This document shows, piece by piece, positions 63,601 to 64,000 of a DNA stretch of 64,000 nucleotides. The number at the start of each line of letters is the position of its first letter. Within the stretch, counting starts at the first letter, position 1. Both the position numbers and the translations under genes were made by a program. Source of the DNA: an uncultured Clostridia bacterium (GTDB lineage Bacteria; Bacillota; Clostridia; Christensenellales; UBA1242); the NCBI GenBank assembly GCA_947630405.1, contig CANRHL010000001.1, forward strand, positions 92,971 to 156,970, written 5' to 3'. Below the pieces are notes generated by a model that was given only the letters and a program-made list of their open reading frames with translations, searched no databases and was not told the DNA's origin.

Positions 63601-64000
63601 ATTCCGGACTATGCACCATATCCTTGCCATGAGCTAGATTCAGTTAAGGATTTAGCAGTTGAATCGGGTGAACTTTCTGCAACCCTTGTTTCCGTGAACG
63701 AAAGCGATGGAGAAAGAAAAATTTATAACTACGAATTTACAATTGAGCAAGAAGAACAAACTTTTGTGTACCGAGTTAACATGATAAACGACCCTAACGT
63801 GCGAATTTCTAATGGCAAATTTTATTACACAATTCCAAGTGTTATTGAGTATAATGAATCGCAATTCGAATTGAATTTTGATAGCCAATATAGAATTAAG
63901 GCAAGAGCGATGGCGGGCGATGATAGTTCACTTTTAAATGGCGATTATTATAAGAAAGACGGGCAGGATGCGTATGTTGAATTCTTCAAAGCGCCAACGA
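57640..64000 (+). CDS. giant surface lipoprotein, 5' partial in this window (more than 2120 aa, runs off the 3' end); Big_2 domain followed by many Fn3-like modules
   Basis: Absent from the ORF track because no stop is reached. I read the frame by hand from ATG 57640 (AAGGGG SD) to 64000 and met no in-frame stop. Lipobox AVFFGC. Big_2-like LLVGESYTPNVDVYP...ISNGKINAISEGTATIKVVA. Modules such as VVSWNNVLNASKYTVLL and IYFSPVANAVGYTLKI. Confidence 0.85.
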   Translation, partial: MTKLNKKHFILMFILAIACAVFFGCGQEVIVEGINFADKNIVLLVGESYTPNVDVYPSYSSGYELTSLNTAVATISNGKINAISEGTATIKVVATDNRSLEDVMTIRVLSNSVTLESPTVNYNAENQTIYFSPVANAVGYTLKINNNTIDLGNYYSYSLARLQTEFGSAYDNVLNISVKANAPTYTRAFVESNYSASKAIYQVKAIENVSVVGGVLHFDVNSSASYSFSINDDRLMVGDYSAGVNLTDITNYGANLAKYAGKNATLKVVAERAVEGAEVYPATASLPVYILDAPNRLEFSGDVVSWNNVLNASKYTVLLDSEKVKEVNTNFVDLTSLENDKYNEIEAGHTYTLKIESAIALDSKNILGCGKFISQQISRKPTLDLTPHNNIVWWPYSSNRFEATISYDDKVETFALVNSQLNLDSYAGGKTYKIKVKTLGNLERDGIYYLPGKESETSITKQLSVELSYDNISEKVLTFTASADDSFKAYLDEENEETLNNNAGTITFDLSRRNIAEGTHTINVKRAGNNREIFDSDVTTLTFIQLGQINNIEIINSHATIVRSEANQNGMVVFTIKKNVGGEKTIELETENSALIDSENDDFYTAGLYTISVAIKGDNKRVFTAPTSEYNIPFNVLDIPTLSILSTNASEINFAGIDNASEYNVFEDGSKKNYSLESEGNYKFNIIILDGETKKYKVQTIGDGVHFLNSKVSDEFVVSRLSRPTVKYNNETNHLEISGNDENLLTNPQHMVTVNGVSVDEGSSLNLLEGTNVVKAFANAVNQYEGVNYLSSTETEITIEKIEAATAFSVVDNQKIKLTRNPNVKTRYKLYVEITTTQTGYIFDEKDNKLTSRIGNVDLPLSYEDDCYIITLENNFEKLIPNEDNELTIKVKYLADGFENVANSEQVTQTISYLQKTTLSREGQNIVVSNLTETRDVDNYAMLINGEYLPLNNAIKDGQNIKVDIALLDEFLTSSPNEVKVVTLNFDYSEKLTLASISEPIYVERAGKIELISTKDNEDRNNSVVVSVNALDVEYDLIYVFEITDGEGSPLTTLKFSKGHEKNGLISFDLDEKLDKVLEEFKAEINISAHVETVGSYENEKIVQVFNSLDSNTINLTMVEAATELYIENNHLKFTESISDYVEGYDIYVDAGTGELTKVNAHPVTTNDYDLNDYVGKLTGLAVRAIASSELAGYTNSLLSLKISAIKLSNPDIKIVNGDVVLTLPNEAQTLLDSEIEAEILISIKNGETILNLSELKQNTDDSFIIEPNQFLTYLDINLQTSESVDFKILVNLAAGGETYYLNSDPVTLQCTGIFSPTKVDVSAEQNLETIVWTKSENNMLDDEDITAGFVFKIEYEGVIYYSNDENLVYKQNDEFIPYDAIINGESAPFPYGYKVNGDKTDCEIVFGSGEYKISVKTVPLNLDGHNFVCSDYITVIKTIIPVPKIWSSDGCLKWNSNDLVQEYRVVIYDDTFKQVKKDFRIPNDNQIISFDFSSNDNEFDNFYGIFGITVQAISKTEDVDVVDSLATEMFYVYRMKEASGAFIDDGAIVLEANDLFSSAQLTFSNGKTSTTIDYFRPLDAEQARNDLKIASWKEAEGKEIGKEKNIIVNFSNNNTILSLVEGGDFTTLSVRLIGNSFSEISTGSLVILNSKVKTITDLKSTKLKSSLYEIAKGSYKFKLDGHNANSNFNHQFIADVEDEFVKKAPIFKINLTIGEKIYDFYAIDYDYFIAQKGTLSQDAFEEIKTNGLYATYIYNHSQENKMYFNVFENNIINFNNTNFNFYPLRQTIEKSTGIFEYSSEGLQTINLLDGGVFTIYSTVLGGDSFDEEGILHGYLTSNNSTTFNYIRYETIKPDGEDGLIKFKNLQPKRGALNVDYPVYELQITPNNAEITYYIYLYYAGNYYNGGALNAAKEISTKQGTTDKNPQFVAIDQTNIVEGFVVFDITKYISSFSYSNYTIKIRTYANKGSGNSIVGNIDESYFLLDAKIPDYAPYPCHELDSVKDLAVESGELSATLVSVNESDGERKIYNYEFTIEQEEQTFVYRVNMINDPNVRISNGKFYYTIPSVIEYNESQFELNFDSQYRIKARAMAGDDSSLLNGDYYKKDGQDAYVEFFKAPT

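Noticed and set aside
57677-63888. Short minus- and plus-strand ORFs listed in the track between 57677 and 63888
   Set aside because: All are embedded in the continuous open frame of more than 6.3 kb that starts at 57640. They are shadow ORFs of that gene.
1-64000. Alternative genetic code or stop-codon reassignment
   Set aside because: All recognisable genes translate full-length with the standard code and end at normal stops of expected length. No in-frame TGA, TAG or TAA interruptions were seen in conserved genes.

Overview
AT-rich (by eye about one-third G+C) chromosomal segment that looks like an endospore-forming Firmicute (Clostridia-like), standard genetic code. Recognisable backbone: a spoIIR-sleB-ypeB cluster, a gerA-type germinant receptor operon (A/B/C), pheS-pheT behind a Phe T-box leader, rmuC, rpmG-secE-nusG-(orphan)-rplK-rplA, dut, dnaB-like/dnaI replication-loader genes, an M1 peptidase lipoprotein, three tandem ABC exporter genes, cysS, a P-type ATPase, VanW and an acyl-ACP thioesterase. 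No rRNA, tRNA, CRISPR array, transposase or integrase was seen. About 30 percent of the window encodes very large, domain-poor surface proteins. These are a 2849-aa membrane-anchored protein, a lipoprotein of more than 2120 aa that runs off the 3' end and is missing from the ORF track, a 567-aa lipoprotein built from the same module type, and a 616-aa protein with nine 33-aa repeats plus LRRs. Candidates most worth follow-up: (1) a 416-aa protein with a divergent diadenylate-cyclase-like (DAC) core and an unknown N-terminal domain. (2) A divergent gene pair, XRE regulator plus small 4-Cys protein, present twice 12 kb apart, one copy embedded in short interspersed GTCATTCTGAGCG-type repeats. 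(3) The giant surface-protein set. (4) A degenerate macro-domain gene inside an islet of orphan genes. (5) A recurring promoter-abuts-ATG (apparently leaderless) layout at seven genes that lack Shine-Dalgarno sites. All functional calls rest on motifs read by eye; no database search was possible.
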